A DNA stretch of 64,000 bases, taken from NCBI GenBank assembly GCA_963753435.1, contig CAVWCF010000001.1, forward strand, positions 1,088,001 through 1,152,000. The letters run 5' to 3'. Shown here piece after piece: positions 63,320-64,000 of this stretch. A program made the position numbers and the translations under genes. The stretch is from an uncultured Actinomycetota bacterium (GTDB lineage: Bacteria > Actinomycetota > Actinomycetes > CAVWCF01). Each line of letters opens with the position of its first letter. The first letter of the stretch is position 1. The notes beneath the pieces were generated by a model. That model saw only the letters and a program-made list of their open reading frames with translations. It searched no databases and was not told where the DNA came from.

Positions 63320-63918
63320 GAGGCGGCCTCGTCGTCGGCTGCGTCGGAGTCTGTGTCGGACTCCGAGGTTTCGGGCGCGTTGTCGGTCACCCAACGCCGC
63401 TGCTCCTCCGTCGCGGAGGTGATCAGCAGGTTGTAGTAGTCCTTCTCGTCGGTGCCGGCGACCATCGGGTGCGGCGGGGCCAGCATGGAGTCGGTCAGCG
63501 GCGCCAGCAGATCGGTCTTCTCGTAGATCAGCTTCGCCCGGCTGTCATCGGCCAACTCGTAGTCGTGAATCATCGTCAGCGCACGCGTCGGGCAGGCCTC
63601 GATGCACAGGCCGCAACCGATGCAACGCAGGTAGTTGATCTGGTAGACGCGGCCGTAGCGCTCGCCGGGGCTGAATCGGCCCTCGTCGGTGTTGTCCGCG
63701 CCCTCGACGAAGATGGCGTCGGCGGGGCAAGCCCACGCACACAACTCGCAGCCGACGCACTTCTCCAGACCGTCCGGGTGCCGGTTGAGTTGGTGCCGCC
63801 CGTGGTAGCGCGGCGCCATGTCCTTCTTCTCTTCCGGGTAGAACTCCGTCGTCGGCCTACGGAACATGGCGCGGAACGTGACGCCGAAGCCCTTCACCGG
63901 GGCCAACCAGTCAGCCAC
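63316..63918 (-). CDS. nuoI: NADH-quinone oxidoreductase subunit I
   Basis: [12 protein letters not shown] and [12 protein letters not shown]. Confidence 0.97.
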   Translation of the reverse strand: MADWLAPVKGFGVTFRAMFRRPTTEFYPEEKKDMAPRYHGRHQLNRHPDGLEKCVGCELCAWACPADAIFVEGADNTDEGRFSPGERYGRVYQINYLRCIGCGLCIEACPTRALTMIHDYELADDSRAKLIYEKTDLLAPLTDSMLAPPHPMVAGTDEKDYYNLLITSATEEQRRWVTDNAPETSESDTDSDAADDEAAS

Positions 63919-64000
63919 GGGTCAACTCCTCTGCAGTCTCGTCCGCGAACGGCTCGGCATCGTCGCCCAGCGCCCCTTCGATGACGTCATCGCCCGGCAT
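63911..64000 (-). CDS. 3' end of the upstream gene, presumably nuoH (truncated by window)
   Basis: Open frame [29 protein letters not shown] overlapping the nuoI start; identity from gene order only. Confidence 0.6.
   Translation of the reverse strand: MPGDDVIEGALGDDAEPFADETAEELTRG

Overview
High-GC actinobacterial core-genome window, almost all on the minus strand. Reading in the direction of transcription (right to left) it holds: the tail of a canonical nuo operon (H-N) and a polyprenyl diphosphate synthase; rarD and korAB on the plus strand; a second complex I-like operon (nuoA-B-C-H-I-J-K-L-M-N, no D/E/F/G) divergent from korAB; tRNA-Tyr/Thr/Met, rpmG, hadAB-like dehydratases, an unusual CysRS-C-terminal-like/GT2 fusion gene and murB; add and aspC on the plus strand; tRNA-Trp, secE, nusG, rplKA, rplJL and rpoBC; two proline-rich membrane protein genes; then an uninterrupted str-S10-spc-alpha block, truA, rplM, rpsI and the 5' part of glmM. 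I saw no integrase, transposase, prophage or CRISPR array. The best leads are the tRNA-synthetase-domain/glycosyltransferase fusion, the reduced complex I paired with KorAB, a dispersed ~60-bp REP-like element whose inverted copies bracket rarD, and several candidate RNA leaders, including an H-type pseudoknot before rpsM. Three single-base frameshifts (rplQ, rplJ, murB) are most likely sequencing errors. All calls come from reading the sequence and recalled family motifs; no searches were run.
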